Source: Eledone cirrhosa (lineage: Eukaryota). From it: a stretch of 64,000 nucleotides of DNA. The position numbers were made by a program, and so were the translations under genes. Below the pieces are notes generated by a model. The model saw nothing but the letters and a program-made list of their open reading frames with translations, made no database searches and was not told the origin of the DNA. The stretch is from NCBI GenBank assembly GCA_964016885.1, contig OZ024741.1, positions 407,030,001 through 407,094,000 on the forward strand, given 5' to 3'. Below are positions 16,323-34,197 of this stretch, in pieces (position 1 is the first letter of the stretch; the number at the start of each line of letters is the position of its first letter).

Positions 16323-16971
16323 TCTATAAATATATTTCTTAAACTGAAAATTAAATCTTAGTTTTAACAAAGCAATCATAAAGAAAATGAAAGAATTCAA
16401 CAGTGACTATATCAACAGTATTCAATATTCATTTAGTTGTAACATTTTTTGAGAGGAGAAGTCTACTTTACTAAACTTGTGGTTGGTAATGCATTTATTT
16501 GTTTAGAATTTCTCAATTCGATTGAAAATCGAAACGGCATTTGTCTATATATGACAATCCATAAACATGTATGTACATGTGACACAGAAACCTTAAAAGT
16601 TTAAGATTAATACCGATGTGATACAATATATCTTCAACTCACTTTAAAACTATTAATAATGTTTATCACATTAACAGAATTGGAAAATTTCCTATTTTTA
16701 CTTTTGACTTATCTTTTATTCTATCTATTTGAAATTGAAATTAGAACAAAAAGAATTACTAATATTTTTAGTTTGAGATAATGGAAGTGTTAAGCCCCGT
16801 AGTCACATAAATACGTAGATATAACTGTAGTTGTATATATCGGGGAACCATACACAGCTTTATGTGCTTCATGGAAACACCGAATACATACAGAAATTTA
16901 TATAAATATACCTGTTTTTCACACTTATACGCACACACACGCACACACATACATATATTTGTAAGCATATA

Positions 16972-18006
<1,035 letters not shown>

Positions 18007-18043
18007 TATGTATATATATATATATACATTTTTATATATGTGT

Positions 18044-18078
<35 letters not shown>

Positions 18079-18360
18079 AACACACATAGTCTTCAGATTA
18101 ATTCTCTGTTGTTTACTGATCTAGAAATATAGAAAACTATCTTAGAAGAAGGTATATGTTTAAATATGCACGCGTAGAGTCGCTTACGTACGTAATAACA
18201 TACATAAAACAGCAGGATTTTCAAACTCATTATCTCTCTTTTTTCTCTCTCACACACACATACACTAGCACACACATATACAAACACATACAAACATACA
18301 CCAAATTATTCTCCTACACACACCCAGCCACATACACACAGTTATAACACACATATGCAT

Positions 18361-18424
<64 letters not shown>

Positions 18425-18478
18425 ATGCATATGTGTGTAATAACTGTGTGGATGTGGGTGTGTGTGTGTAGGAGAATA

Positions 18479-18517
<39 letters not shown>

Positions 18518-18555
18518 TACAGACTTGCACAAAATTATTTTCTCTTACACACACT

Positions 18556-18616
<61 letters not shown>

Positions 18617-18747
18617 GTGAGGTTTTTTTCACAAAATGAAAAATAACCGAGGTGTCCTACACGAGTGAAAGTATAAAGAAAAAGAGATGAAATCGAAAAT
18701 GCAACTGGAGTCTTATTTTTTTTTTAAATATATATATTTATTTGGTT

Positions 18748-18785
18748 CCTTTACCGGTTTCGCAGTTCTTCTGCTTTTCAAAAGG
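18748..18785 (-). ncRNA. Minimal type I hammerhead, U3-A8 core (identical copy at 42362-42399)
   Basis: Minus strand CCTT-TTGAAAA-GCAG aagaa CTGC-GAAA-CCGG-TA-AAGG. Confidence 0.8.
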
Positions 18786-19177
18786 TGAGTTGAGATGGAG
18801 GGTCTGTGGTTTTTCTCACATCTGGTTGGTCTCTGAATGTTACTTGTTTTATATGGAAAAATTGGCTCGAAATGCCAGGTTTTTCGAGAAGTAATTTGAT
18901 TGGTTTGTCAATAATTATAATAAATTTCGCGCCAGTTCGCGTTACAATAGTTCTTCAAATAAGAGGGGGGGGGGGGGGGGGGTTGTCACAGGTTGTTTTT
19001 TTCATATATGAGTGTTTGAATTTATTTTTACTTGAAAAATGGGGCTCACGAAGGCTTTTTTTTGTTGGTTATAAATGAAATTATGGTTGTCACGTGAACA
19101 AGTTTTCATTAAATATTCGTGCCCTTATTTGGAAATCCATTCTGTAGCCTTTTTAGAGAATTTTATAAGTGAAAGAT

Positions 19178-19388
19178 AATTGTTTCTACATTTGGCACAA
19201 GGCCAGCAATTACTCCAGTGTATTACTGGTACTTTATTTTATCGACCCCGTAAGGATGAAAGGCAAAGTTAACCTCGGCGGGATTTGAACTCAGTCCGTA
19301 AAGGGACGCAACTATGCTGGAAAGCATGGCATCCAACTCTCTACCGATAGTGCCAATTCACCGCCCTCTACTGCCAATTCACCGCCCT
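19178..19388 (-). mobile_element. Full-length SINE family 1 with 16-bp TSD, inserted in the PLE 3' UTR
   Basis: TSD ataagtgaaagataat at 19165-19180 and 19392-19407. Confidence 0.9.
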
Positions 19389-19866
19389 ATGATAAGTGAA
19401 AGATAATGGTCAAGAGAAAGGGATGCGAGAATTGTTCTGGTTCAGTGAATATGGTTAGTTCGCTGGGGTGTCAGAATTCAGATTTTCTATTGAATAAAGA
19501 AAGTAAATATATGTATGTTTACTTGTGTGCTTGTGTGTGTGTGCGTGTGTGTGTGTTGTGTGTGTGTTTGAATTTCTTTACTTAAAAAAAAGGTGGCTCA
19601 CGAAGGCTTTTTTTTAATAAACGTGATTTGATTGGTTATAAATGAAATTTGGCTGTCACGTGAACAAGTTTTCATCACATTTTTGCGCCCTTATTTGGAA
19701 ATCTATTCTGTAGCCTTTATAGAGAATGTTATGACAAGGGAAAGATAGTGGTCAAGAGAAATGGGATTGGGAGAATTGTTCTGGTTCAGTGAATATGGTT
19801 AGTTCGCTGGGGTGTCAGAGTTCAGATTTTCTATTGAAGTAAAGATATGTATGTTTATTTGTGTGC

Positions 19867-19941
<75 letters not shown>

Positions 19942-20404
19942 TATTGGAAGATGATTCTATTAGTAGAAATGGGGGGGGGAGTTGTATGTGTGTGTATGGG
20001 TGTTATGTGTGTGTGTGCGAGTATGTTAAGATGGAGAGAATATATATTTTGTGTGTGTATATATGTGTGTAGGAAAGTGGTTCTATTAATAGAAATGGGG
20101 GAGGGAGTTGTGGGTGTGGGGGTTGTTATGTGTGTGTGTGGGAGTATGGTTAGCATGTTAAGATGAAGAGAATATATATATATATATATATTGTGTGTGT
20201 GTGTGTGTGTGTGTGTAGGAAAAGGATTCCTTTAGTAGGAATATTTTTGAATGAACATATTTTCCTTACTTATTCGTATTTGTTCTGTTGTATTGTCAGT
20301 GCAAACGTATGTTAAGGTTTATTTAGTTCGGGTTTTTATTTTCTAAAGTAGAAGGTGTTATGTGTGTGTGTGTATGTCATTTTATGCTGTTGACATAATG
20401 TATA

Positions 20405-20920
20405 TTAAACTATATTTAATGCTGGTCTATATTTTTGAATAAACATATTTTCCTTATTTATTCGTATTTGTTCTGTTGTATTGTTAGCGCAAAGGTAAAA
20501 TGGGAAGACTTGGAATTTGGGTATCTTATTACTTGCGCAAATGTCTAGATGTGCACTTAGTGGTATCTGTCTCGTGGTTGGATCTCGTAATTGTTGGCGA
20601 TGAACTGTCATTCTGTTTCTGAGTGTGAGTTTAGTTTGTCCTATATAATCTTCATTGCATCCTTTACATTTAATGGCATAAAGTAGATTTTTTGATGAGC
20701 AAGTGAAGTGATTTTCTACAGTAAAATGTTGTCCTGATTTAAATGTATACGTGTTGCCTTCAATGAGGTGAGTGCAGGTTCCACAATTAGAGCCACCACA
20801 TGTTTTGATACTTGGTTGTGGGTTTGTGGTAGGTAATTTGGCATTGGTGAGTAATGTTTTCAGTGATTTTGGTTGTCTTTTGCTTTTGATTATTTTGTGT
20901 GTTTCAAGGGCTTTTTTCAT
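20405..20920 (-). CDS. PLE GIY-YIG endonuclease domain (C-terminal part of a truncated ORF)
   Basis: CGGSNCGTC linker, NLLYAIKCKGC..YIGQT..LRNRMTVH..H..E..I..LN. Confidence 0.88.
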   Translation of the reverse strand: MKKALETHKIIKSKRQPKSLKTLLTNAKLPTTNPQPSIKTCGGSNCGTCTHLIEGNTYTFKSGQHFTVENHFTCSSKNLLYAIKCKGCNEDYIGQTKLTLRNRMTVHRQQLRDPTTRQIPLSAHLDICASNKIPKFQVFPFYLCANNTTEQIRINKENMFIQKYRPALNIV

Positions 20921-21207
20921 TCCTGGGTTTTGTTTTAGTAGTGGGATGTTATTGTGAATAGTGTTGTAAGCTTCCGCAGTTCTTGGGTTGTGTATTGAGA
21001 TATATGATAGAATATTGGACGTACCTTGAATTTGTTTCTGTTTCCGTAATTCATCAATGCCTATTGCTTTAGCCCTTTCTATTCCATTATTTATTAGTAA
21101 TAATGGGTACTCTCTCTCGAGTAGAATTTCCTTTCATTCTTGAAGTCTTTTATTTCGCGTTTCATAATTGGAGACAATTGTGCAAATTCTTCTTGCTATA
21201 TATATAC

Positions 21208-22038
<831 letters not shown>

Positions 22039-22065
22039 TATATATATATACACACACATACATCT

Positions 22066-22152
<87 letters not shown>

Positions 22153-22285
22153 CATAGATACACAATTTTCCCTTAAATAAGTTGTTATTAACCAACAGTA
22201 TTTTCTAAGTCTAGCAACTGCCACACACATTTCTATAGAAAAGCTAGTTATTTCATAAATATTCCCTACTAATAGACACTATGTT

Positions 22286-22468
22286 TGAATTGGCAGTATC
22301 GGTAGAGGGTTGGACGCCATGCTTTCTAGCATAGTTACGTCCCTTTACAGTCTGAGTTCAAATCCCGCCGAGGTTAACTTTGCCTTTCATCCTTACGGGG
22401 TCGATAAAATAAAGTACCAGTAATGTACTGTGTCATTGCTGGCCTTGTGCCTAAAGTAGAAACAATTA
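22286..22468 (+). mobile_element. SINE family 1
   Basis: Near full-length match to other copies. Confidence 0.88.
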
Positions 22469-22745
22469 TGTTTATATTAGAAACTCTAACCAATCATTCT
22501 TCCTTCCTCATATTTATGTTTCTCTAATACAAACAAATTGCCTGAGACAGAAAAATAATGAGAATCGGAGTTATCTTTTCTTGATAAACACTGTAAACAG
22601 TGTTTTTTTTTTGCATTTTGTTTTCTTCATTTCTTTCTCTCTATGTCTCTCTTTCTTTCTTTTGATCTTTCTTTCTTTGTTTAATATTTTTTCAGCACAT
22701 TCGTCATTATTCAGAATATTGTCTTATATATATATGAATAAATAC

Positions 22746-22801
<56 letters not shown>

Positions 22802-22804
22802 GTA

Positions 22805-22849
<45 letters not shown>

Positions 22850-22977
22850 GTATGTGTGTGTGTATTTATTTAGCTATATATATATTTAGTGCAGATAATT
22901 AGGGTGCATGTTACTGAAATATATATTCTGGTATAAAACAATTATTCAAGAGTAACCCTGTCTTCACTATATATATA

Positions 22978-23097
<120 letters not shown>

Positions 23098-23167
23098 AAT
23101 ACATATATATATATTAAGATTAAATCTTAAACATCTAACATCTCAGGGTATGTCATGTATCATTTTA

Positions 23168-23218
23168 TTTTATCTGATGAGGACGTACTGTTGTACCTCT
23201 GAAATATGTATAATAAAA
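23168..23218 (+). ncRNA. Type I hammerhead ribozyme (related copy at 49245-49307, minus)
   Basis: TTTTAT-CTGATGA-GG..CCTct-GAAA-TATGTA-TA-ATAAAA. Confidence 0.75.
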
Positions 23219-23269
23219 TTTAATTGATCACAAGAACATCTATTTTATTAATATGTTATCAATATTTTA

Positions 23270-23856
23270 TTGATTATTCAACAAATTTAATTTTACAACA
23301 GATTAGAAGCACTCAACAGTTTTATTTGGAGTATGATTAATATTAATAATATTCATAAATGTAAAATATATTTATAAAACCATATTTAGTTTATTATAAG
23401 TATTTGAAAGGTACTTATATTTAAGTACGGTTTCATCAGATAAAATATAATATTTGGTGTTAAGATGGTGACATATATTCATGTGAACTTAATGGTATAA
23501 GTTCAGTGAAGATAGTGAATAGAGGGGTTTAACACTCAGGGGAGATATGCGAATGAGGATAACGGTAAAACCGAAAAAAGCCGTTATATATATATAACGG
23601 CTATCTTCACTATCTTCACTGAACTTATACCATTAAGTTCACATGAATATATGTCACCATCTTAACACCAAATATTATATTTTATCTGATGAAACCGTAC
23701 TTAAATATAAGTACCTTTGAAATACGTATAATAAAATAAATATGGTTATATAAAGATATTTTCCTTTTATGAATATTATTAATATTAATCATACTCCAGA
23801 TAAAACTGTTGAGTGCTTCTAATCTGTTGTAAAATTAAATTAGTTGAATAATCAAC
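23270..23856. mobile_element. Palindromic PLE-end insert (family D); HHR at 23680-23736 (+), mutated copy on the left arm
   Basis: Arms 23270-23517 and 23608-23856; TTTTAT-CTGATGA-AA..GTACTTA..TAAGTAC..TT-GAAA-TACGTA-TA-ATAAAA. Confidence 0.85.
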
Positions 23857-23917
23857 AAACCATATAATACATTGTCTATATATATATACATATATATATA
23901 TAAACACACACGCGTGG

Positions 23918-24005
<88 letters not shown>

Positions 24006-24931
24006 GAAACAGGGAGAAAGAGACGATTATGAGGAAGAAAAATATATTTTTTTCCTTTTTTGTGTCTCTCTCTCCTTTTTTTCTGGGTTAGAAAATGATT
24101 AAAACGAAATGTTTTACTTGGTGTGAAGTGTTAAGATATTAGTTGATGTATTTATTATTTAACAATGGCATTTATTTATCTATTTATATATTTAATTATT
24201 GTCTATTACCGGTTTCTGCATTTATATGCATTATCAAATGATAGTGAAATGTATTAAGGTGGTGTCGCACATGTTAAACAGAAGGTGCAGAAAGAATAAT
24301 GTTATATACAAACAAGGTTTAAGAAGTGAAAAGAAAAAAGAAAAAGGAAAAAAATTAAATATCACCCAGCAAGAATTGCTTCCCCCTGCATATTAACTCT
24401 CTAAAAAGGGAAATCATATCAAACCACAGTCCAACATTTGCCTCCTTCACGGAACCATGGTTCAACTAAGCACTCTTGCGATATTAACTCATTTTGAATT
24501 GCTTAACTTCAATGACTGTACTTGTAAATAACATTAACTTTTCTTCCACATTGACTTTTTACGTTCCACATTATGCACGGTTTTTTTTCCTTTTTCTTTT
24601 TTCTTTTCACTTCTTAAACCTTGTTTGTATATAACATTATTCTTTCTGCATCTTCTGTTTAACATGTGCGACACCACACTAATACATTTCACTATCATTT
24701 GATAATGCATACGTTTAAATGCAGAAACCGGTAATAGACAATAATTAAATATATAAATAGATAAATAAATGCCATTGTTAAATAATAAATAAATCAACTA
24801 ATATCTTAACACTTCACACAAAGTAAAACATTTCGTTTTAATCATTTTCTAACCCAGAAAAAAGAGAGAGAGAGACAGAAAAAAGGAAAAAAAATATATT
24901 TTTCTTCCTCATAATCGTCTCTTTCTCCCTG

Positions 24932-24936
<5 letters not shown>
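24006..24936. mobile_element. 930-bp palindromic insert with two opposed U3-A8 HHRs (24202-24245 minus; 24692-24738 plus)
   Basis: Arms 24006-24353 and 24582-24936; CAT-TTGATAA-TGCAT..ATGCA-GAAA-CCGG-TA-ATAG; (TA)n on both sides. Confidence 0.85.
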
Positions 24937-24963
<27 letters not shown>

Positions 24964-25011
24964 CCTAACTCGTGTGCCTCCTCTCCACATTTTATTATTA
25001 TTATTATATAT

Positions 25012-25198
25012 AGGGCGGTGAATTGGCAGTATCGGTGGAGGGTCGGACATGCTTTCCAGCATAGATACGTCCCTTTACGATCTGAGTTCAAATCCCGCCG
25101 AGGTTAACTTTGCCATTCATCCATACGGGGTCGATAAAATAAAAAGTACCAGTAATGTACTGGGTAATTGCTGGCCTTGTGCCAAAAGTAGAAACAAT

Positions 25199-25200
<2 letters not shown>
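25012..25200 (+). mobile_element. Full-length SINE family 1
   Basis: gggcggtgaattggcag...agtagaaacaatt; flanked by attattatata-like duplication. Confidence 0.9.
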
Positions 25201-25250
<50 letters not shown>

Positions 25251-26064
25251 TTATGTTAAAGTTGTCCCTTGAAATCAATTAGTTTTAACACAATATCAAG
25301 TTCAAAGCTAGAGGCTTCTTCGTTGGTTTCAATGCTCAATGTGCAAACAGCAACGGCATCAATATAATCAACAACCTTATTATACAGGACATAACTCATT
25401 TGAACATGATGCTGTTTAGTTTATAGACGAGAGTATCGTCTATAAATACGAATCAATATCAGGTTATATAAAATAATTCAAAGTATATGCACTACTACGA
25501 GTACAATGAACTTGTATAGGATCGCTGGACCTGTTAAATATAGAGTAAAGTTTCCCCGAAATCACAACCTCTTGGTTTAAAAAAAAGCAGAAATGTACAT
25601 TAGATAATGAGTTTGGAAAACTAACAAAAAAGCACGACGTGTTCACAGCTGAAATATATATTGATCGTCAATCTGTTCGATGTGTGCTGACTTGTGGCTA
25701 AACAACAGCAAGAAAGAGATTAGTTTACACCTCTTTTGAAGCAGAGATTAAAATATAGAGAAATATATGTGAATATCTTTTATACTGTAACTCAGTACAG
25801 TGTATACAATATATAACAGACACGGTCCTATAGGAAGCAGGACAGGGTCTGTATGAACAGCACAATCTGACGCTGGCGTATACTTTGAAAATAGAAATCA
25901 ATGTATGTATAAATATATTCCCCTCCAGTATATATATAAGTTTATCCCGGGACAAATCGGGGGTAACCACAGTAAGTAAGGTACACAATACAAAGCAGAG
26001 TATAAATATTTAATATAGAAAGGCTTCTACAGGACTAGAACTGTTTCATTCGGGAGATGTATAT

Positions 26065-26819
<755 letters not shown>

Positions 26820-26881
26820 TCATCGTCATCATCATCATCTTCGTTTAAAGTCCATGTTCCACGCTACCATGGGTTAGACGA

Positions 26882-27290
<409 letters not shown>

Positions 27291-28230
27291 ATGAGTGTGT
27301 GTTGTGTCTGAGTGTGTGTGCGCTTGGGTGTGTTTAACTCTCGAGGCGTATGTTTGTGTATGTGTCTATGTATGTTATGAGTGCTCATAGCTGTATGCGT
27401 ATTAAGTTATAACGATATATTCATAATAAATATAAGCCATCGACTCTATAACCTATCGAACAGATGCCGATATATTCAACGATATAAAAGAGATATTTTT
27501 GTTTGAATTATTTGTTTATTCTTTCAAACTTTTCTATTTGCTTCCTTCCCTTTCGTTCACTAATTTCCTCTTCCCTTTTATTCATTTCTGTATCTGAAAT
27601 ATTATCATTAGATGATCGTGACAAGTTCAACCTTTAAACAATAAAGCATTTTATTGGGCCTGTCTCTGATTATGTAAATGTAACAGCAGATTTAATTGTT
27701 CAATATGTTTAAGTCTTCTTCTTACTATATGTAAAATATGCATTCACGATAGGAAATAGAAATAGATTTTTCTTTCCTCAAAGTGTAGACTTATATTTCT
27801 CAATAATCTATTTAAACAACAACGACGATGGCGATAACAAATGAAAAGATAACAGTATCAGGAATAAAATAGAAATAGTTTAGATACACGAACTTTTGTT
27901 GTAGCCACTTTATATCTTCTTTTTATATTGACTTGCCAAGCAAGATATACGCCAAGTACTTCTGACAAAGCTAGGGGTAAAAAAAAAACGGGAGTTAGAG
28001 GTTTTATAACGTAGAAGTATTATGATTTTCTATCAGATGTAATTTCTTGGCAAAAACACCTTTAAAATAATATATTTTGACAGCTCCTCCACTTTACTCT
28101 ACCAACTTTCTTTCTCGTTCTTTATTTTATTATCTTATCAATTCTTTTCTACATTTAGACATAATCTATTCTAGTGTTTTCTTCTAAATTTATTAATTAC
28201 AATTTCTGAGTATGTTTTTTGAACGTGCTC

Positions 28231-28288
<58 letters not shown>

Positions 28289-28292
28289 TATA

Positions 28293-28345
<53 letters not shown>

Positions 28346-28411
28346 ATATATAATATATAATATATAATATATGTACATATATGTATACAATGTTTCTCTC
28401 TCTCTCTCTCC

Positions 28412-28511
<100 letters not shown>

Positions 28512-29099
28512 GTGTGTGTGTGTGTGTATGTGTGTGTGTTGTATGTATTTATGTGTATGTCTGTATGTATGCGTATGGTTATATATGTTGATGCGTGTGT
28601 GTTTCTTCATTTGCTTTCAGATTAGAAAGTAAGAAAAAGTGAAGATAAAGCAATTTAACATGTAATATACGATATAAAACACAAACTAGCTTCATAATTA
28701 CAATCTGTATGGAGACTAATAGTTTATATATTTTAATATATTTTCATTTGAATAAAAATCTTTGGGCTATCATTTAATTGATATCATGTAATAGTTGAAT
28801 CATGTGATGTCTGTATCATTGTATGTGTTGCTAGTGGTTTTACACATCTTCATAAATGTGTTGGTAACATTAACCTCGTTGCTGTAACACATCAATGTAT
28901 TCGGGGACGATTAAATGGCTCGTTTAATGAAACAATCCCTAGTAGTTTAGATTGAATTGTCTAAACCCACACACACCCTTACATACACCCTACGAACTGT
29001 CATCGATATATCGACTTCTGTATTTTAAATATATTTATTTAACGTGTCTACAATGTTTCGTTACAATTGTATCTCTAGCAACATATTTGTATATATATA

Positions 29100-29855
29100 G
29101 TAGACTGTGTAGTCTTTACGTAGTACATGTGGTTCTGGTCAAGATACGAAGTGTAAGCTACGGTAAAACTGTACAATCTACTATACATACAAATAAAACA
29201 ACGTTAGAAGAATATAGAGCAAAAGAGTTCATTAACTTTACTGTTACTCACTGAACTATAATACAGGCTTTGTGACTAATCTGTTGTTTAATACTTTAGT
29301 TATCATTTATATTGATAACCCTTAAAATTACGATACACACACATGTATCATTTGGAATCTAGTGGTTGTGTAGTTTTTCCGTAGTACATGTCTTTCAGGG
29401 CAAAGGAAGAAGTGTAAGCTACGGAAAAACTACACATCCACTATACATGATTTCCAAATAATTGTTTCTACTTTTTGCACAAGGCCAGCAATTTCCCAGT
29501 ACATTACTGGTACTTTATTTTATCGACCCCGTAAGGATGAAAGGCAAAGTTAATATCAGTGGGATTTGAGCTCAGAATGGCAAGGACCGTAACTCTATGC
29601 TAGAAAGCATGGCATCCGGCCCTCTACCGATACTGCCAATCCACCGCCCTTATTTCCAAATAATACATGTTTGTATTATAATTTCCAAATAATATATGTT
29701 TGTATTATAATTTTATGAGTTAAGGGTTATCAATATAAAATGAAAACTACAGAAGTAAAAAGCAGTGTAGTCACAAACCCGTATTTTGTGGTTCAGTAAA
29801 TAACAATATTGTTAATGAACACTTTTGCTCTAGATTATTCTAACGTTGTTATTGA
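29100..29855. repeat. Old inverted repeat (29195-29357 / 29655-29853) with a duplicated ~90 bp segment, interrupted by a SINE
   Basis: acaacgttagaagaatatagagcaaaag vs cttttgctctagattattctaacgttgt; 29100-29190 similar to 29360-29450. Confidence 0.55.
29460..29650 (-). mobile_element. Full-length SINE family 1 with TSD
   Basis: TSD atttccaaataat at 29450-29462 and 29652-29664. Confidence 0.88.
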
Positions 29856-31044
29856 AGACAGTCGTAACACTGATAGATATGTTGGTGAATGAAGATATAA
29901 TGAGCGTATAGATAGCCATTCTGTGTCCCGGGAAGGGCTAGTTCTAATACACATGAAAAAGCCTGTGTCCCAGTAGTACTTAACTATACTCTAAATATCA
30001 GAAATGGAGCAGCTTCCAAATATTGAATATCGATCTATTCATTACAGTGCTGTGTTGCTCGTGTTATCGATATAAAGACGTAGAGACATTTTAAAGATTG
30101 TGTAGCTCAAGGGTTGTAATGAAACTTCCGAATGAAGAGATGAATATTTAATTGGAATGATAGTTCCTCTAAGCTATTGTTTTTCTCTTCTCCTAAAATT
30201 GGGGCATTATTCAACACCTCCCACCGCTCCCCTTGTCTTCTATTGCTATCATTACTCCTCATAAACATGTTATGCTTGTTATGAACTATTTAAAATAATC
30301 TTTTACCAATTGACTTCACACATTTTTTTAACAGGAACAACACTTAAACAGTATCATTATCACACCATCCCCACCCACACACTTCTATTGATCATATATC
30401 CCATCCCTTCTAACCTACAACTATACTTTAAAGGAACGTTTCAATTACTTTCTCTGATAATTGCTGTTTCTTTTCTTTCTTATTATTTTCCACTTTTTCT
30501 CACCGCAATATATCCGCCCTGAGCTATATTTTCTGTAACAAGACAACATCATTAAATAAATTCTAAAGTATGGCGAGAAATTAGTTCGTTTAAATTCTTA
30601 ACCATTCAACACACATCTTTCTTCACATTTTCTCCTCAATTTCACTTTAAAACACAAGCAACTTCTTTTTCAGGAGGACTTTGGTAGTACTATAGCTTTG
30701 TCATAGAAGCGAATGTTTGTGGTATAAGTCATTCTTTATCAAATTAAACTATATCTAATACAGAAGACATTTCGAACAAAATCGATACATAGCATTAGCC
30801 CTCTTTTTCTTATTTCGTTCGCATGAAATGTATCTTTCAATGTTTATATTCAGATTCGATATAGAAATTATTTTTATCAGATTCCCTCAGTGTTTTCGAC
30901 CGAAGGAAATTGAAATGATATATCACAAAATTTCGTGATATCGTCCACATATTCCAACATATCATGTTTACTCAAATCGTATCTAGTATTGATTAATAAA
31001 AATCGACTTTAATAAAGGGGTGGTCATTTTTCTCTACGATAGAC

Positions 31045-31320
31045 ATATCATCATCTCATCTTGTCCAATCTGATCAAGCCACGCATCTCGATCTTATGTA
31101 GCTTTCAGAAGGTCAGAAGGGCGACGCCATGCGTCCACACAGAACTGGGCGATAATGTCATTGCTAGGCTGCCATTTCCTGTATATCCATGTTGTGGTGT
31201 GAATAGGAATATCTCACCAGTGAGATCTTCCATTGCTTCTCGTAATAGCCTGCATAGCGCATGTGTTACACTCAATCGTTTTTTCTGGCGACCAGCTCGA
31301 GGCAAGATCGATTCGAGGAT
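31045..31320 (-). pseudogene. Ancient RTE/RTEX LINE 3' end relic
   Basis: Frameshifted minus-strand peptide EDLTGEIFLFTPQHGYTGNG..MT/IAQFCVDAWRRPSDLLKAT*DRDAW resembles the RTE C-terminus; ends in a gatgatgat tail. Confidence 0.55.
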
Positions 31321-31420
31321 CGAACCTGAAATCGAAAGTTCTTCTGATACGTCTCTATCCCTCGAAACAGAATTTCCAAATTAAATAGCTCTGTTCTTTG
31401 CTTTTTCTTCGAAAGTACTT

Positions 31421-31470
<50 letters not shown>

Positions 31471-31534
31471 AACACAAACACACACACACACATATATATA
31501 TACATACATATATATTTATATATACATATATATA

Positions 31535-31758
31535 AAGTATTTCCGAAGAAAAGGCAAAGAAAAAAGAAGTGCTCTATGTATAGAACAGAGCTAGTTAATT
31601 AGGAAGTGAACAACACAAAATATAACTACTCCATTACCAAATAGATAACCTCTTACAGAGCTAACCTCTCTGTCTGATGAACCATCTAGACATATGCTAA
31701 TATTGTCTAGGGTACACAAAACTTTGGTAATGGAGTAGTTATATATTGTGTTGTTCAC

Positions 31759-31766
<8 letters not shown>
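31535..31766. mobile_element. Small inverted-repeat PLE-end-like insert (related fragment at 46216-46325)
   Basis: aagtgaacaacacaaaatataactactccattaccaaa inverted at 31722-31762; CTGATGA at 31674 without a GAAA partner. Confidence 0.55.
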
Positions 31767-31853
<87 letters not shown>

Positions 31854-31874
31854 ATGTGTATATATATATATATA

Positions 31875-32846
31875 TACAAATAAATTATCGAGAATCGTAA
31901 CTTCGGCCCACGAAATAACGAAAAACAATCTTCGAAATGTGCGGCAAAATGCTCAATGGTTCGGATAAACCAGAGCTATAACTAACGTTTAATACCAACA
32001 CACTTAGACGATGCTTAAACAATCATTCGCACAGCCAAAAATACGACCAAGAAAATTTGGGTCAAACAAAAAAAATATATATGAATGAAAAATTTACCCG
32101 GACCCCTGGAAAGATGGTAAAATCCAGCATTTGGGTTTCTGCGGCTCCTAAATCAGTTACCGTCCGCCTACATAAAAAATGTCTGGCTTCTGGTAAGATG
32201 ATGAACAAGGAAGTCACTTTTTCAACAGGCCTTTAGTTCAATAATACAGGGGAAGAGTGTTACTAAATCTACGTGGGGACCAGTAAGGGAGGCAACCCCT
32301 ATATTAGGCGAATGAATTCAGTTGTGTATATTATTGTAAGAATACAAAATATCACAAATCGAATTAGAGTTCTCAACAGACGGGTTAAAATTAACATGAG
32401 CTATTCATCAGTCAATAGGATCAACTAAAAAATCAATAAAATTAACTGATCAATAGCTAGAGACTGGAGATAAATACAAATAAATTATCGAGAATCGGAA
32501 CTTCGGCCCACGAAATAACGAAAAACAATCTTCGAAATGCTCAAATGGTTCGGAAAGTGCTCAATGGTTCGGAAAAACCAGAGCTATAACTAACGTTTAA
32601 TACCAACACACTTAGACGATGCTTAAACAATCATTCGCACAGCAAAAAATACGACCAAGAAAATTCGGGTTAAACAAAAAAAAAATATATTAATGAAAAA
32701 TTTACCCGGACCCCCTGGAAAGATGGTAAAATCCAGCATTTGGGTTTCTGCGGCTCCTAAATCAGTTACCGTCCGCCTACATAAAAATGTCCGGCTTCTG
32801 GTAAGATGATGAACAAGGAAGTCACTTTTTCAACAGGCCTTTAGTT

Positions 32847-32850
<4 letters not shown>
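31875..32850. repeat. TA-flanked partial tandem: 600-bp unit, about 1.6 copies
   Basis: 31875-32243 repeated at 32475-32850; (TA)n on both sides; no ORF. Confidence 0.85.
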
Positions 32851-32932
<82 letters not shown>

Positions 32933-32933
32933 G

Positions 32934-33752
<819 letters not shown>

Positions 33753-33764
33753 ATATATATATAT

Positions 33765-34166
33765 CCGGGAGAGATGACCCCATAGCCTTTGTCAAGGCAG
33801 AATTCTAGGAGAAGGAAAACTCTGATATAACACCTGCAACTCTGATGGTATCCAATGATGTTGACTTGTTCTTCTTTTTGGTAAATATCATCTTGGTTAA
33901 GAGAGTGGGACTGGCTTTGTGCAGTGCCTTTGCTCACTATAAAAATTTCATGGCACAGGCATTGCTTTATATCTGGAGAACTCTCTGCACTTGTCATCAC
34001 ATGGTACCATGGGCCCAGCACTATGTGTCAATAAGTGTAGTGTTTGTACCAGAGTTTTCAAGTCGCTGGCTGGACTAAAACGTCACACTCGTTCAGCGCA
34101 TCGGTAGGGGTTCTCCTACATGGATATAAAGTAGTGGCCGTACTCGAAAACGAGTTGGCAGCCACC

Positions 34167-34167
<1 letters not shown>
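33765..34167 (+). mobile_element. Second copy of the RTE-leader-like repeat
   Basis: Reverse complement of 21428-21840. Confidence 0.7.

Positions 34168-34197
<30 letters not shown>

Larger units (their letters stand above)
18612..21196 (-). mobile_element. 5'-truncated PLE (Neptune-like) with long 3' UTR and terminal HHR
   Basis: GIY-YIG ORF at 20405-20920; RT-thumb relic up to ~21196; 3' terminus repeated at 42223-42409; (TA)n on both sides. Confidence 0.85.

Noticed and set aside
25012-25200. tRNA genes at SINE heads
   Set aside because: Only A/B-box remnants fused to the SINE core; no cloverleaf
26015-26056. Hammerhead at a TA boundary (GAAA CAG..CTG TA on the minus strand)
   Set aside because: Only the 3' half is present; the core is truncated by the (TA)n tract
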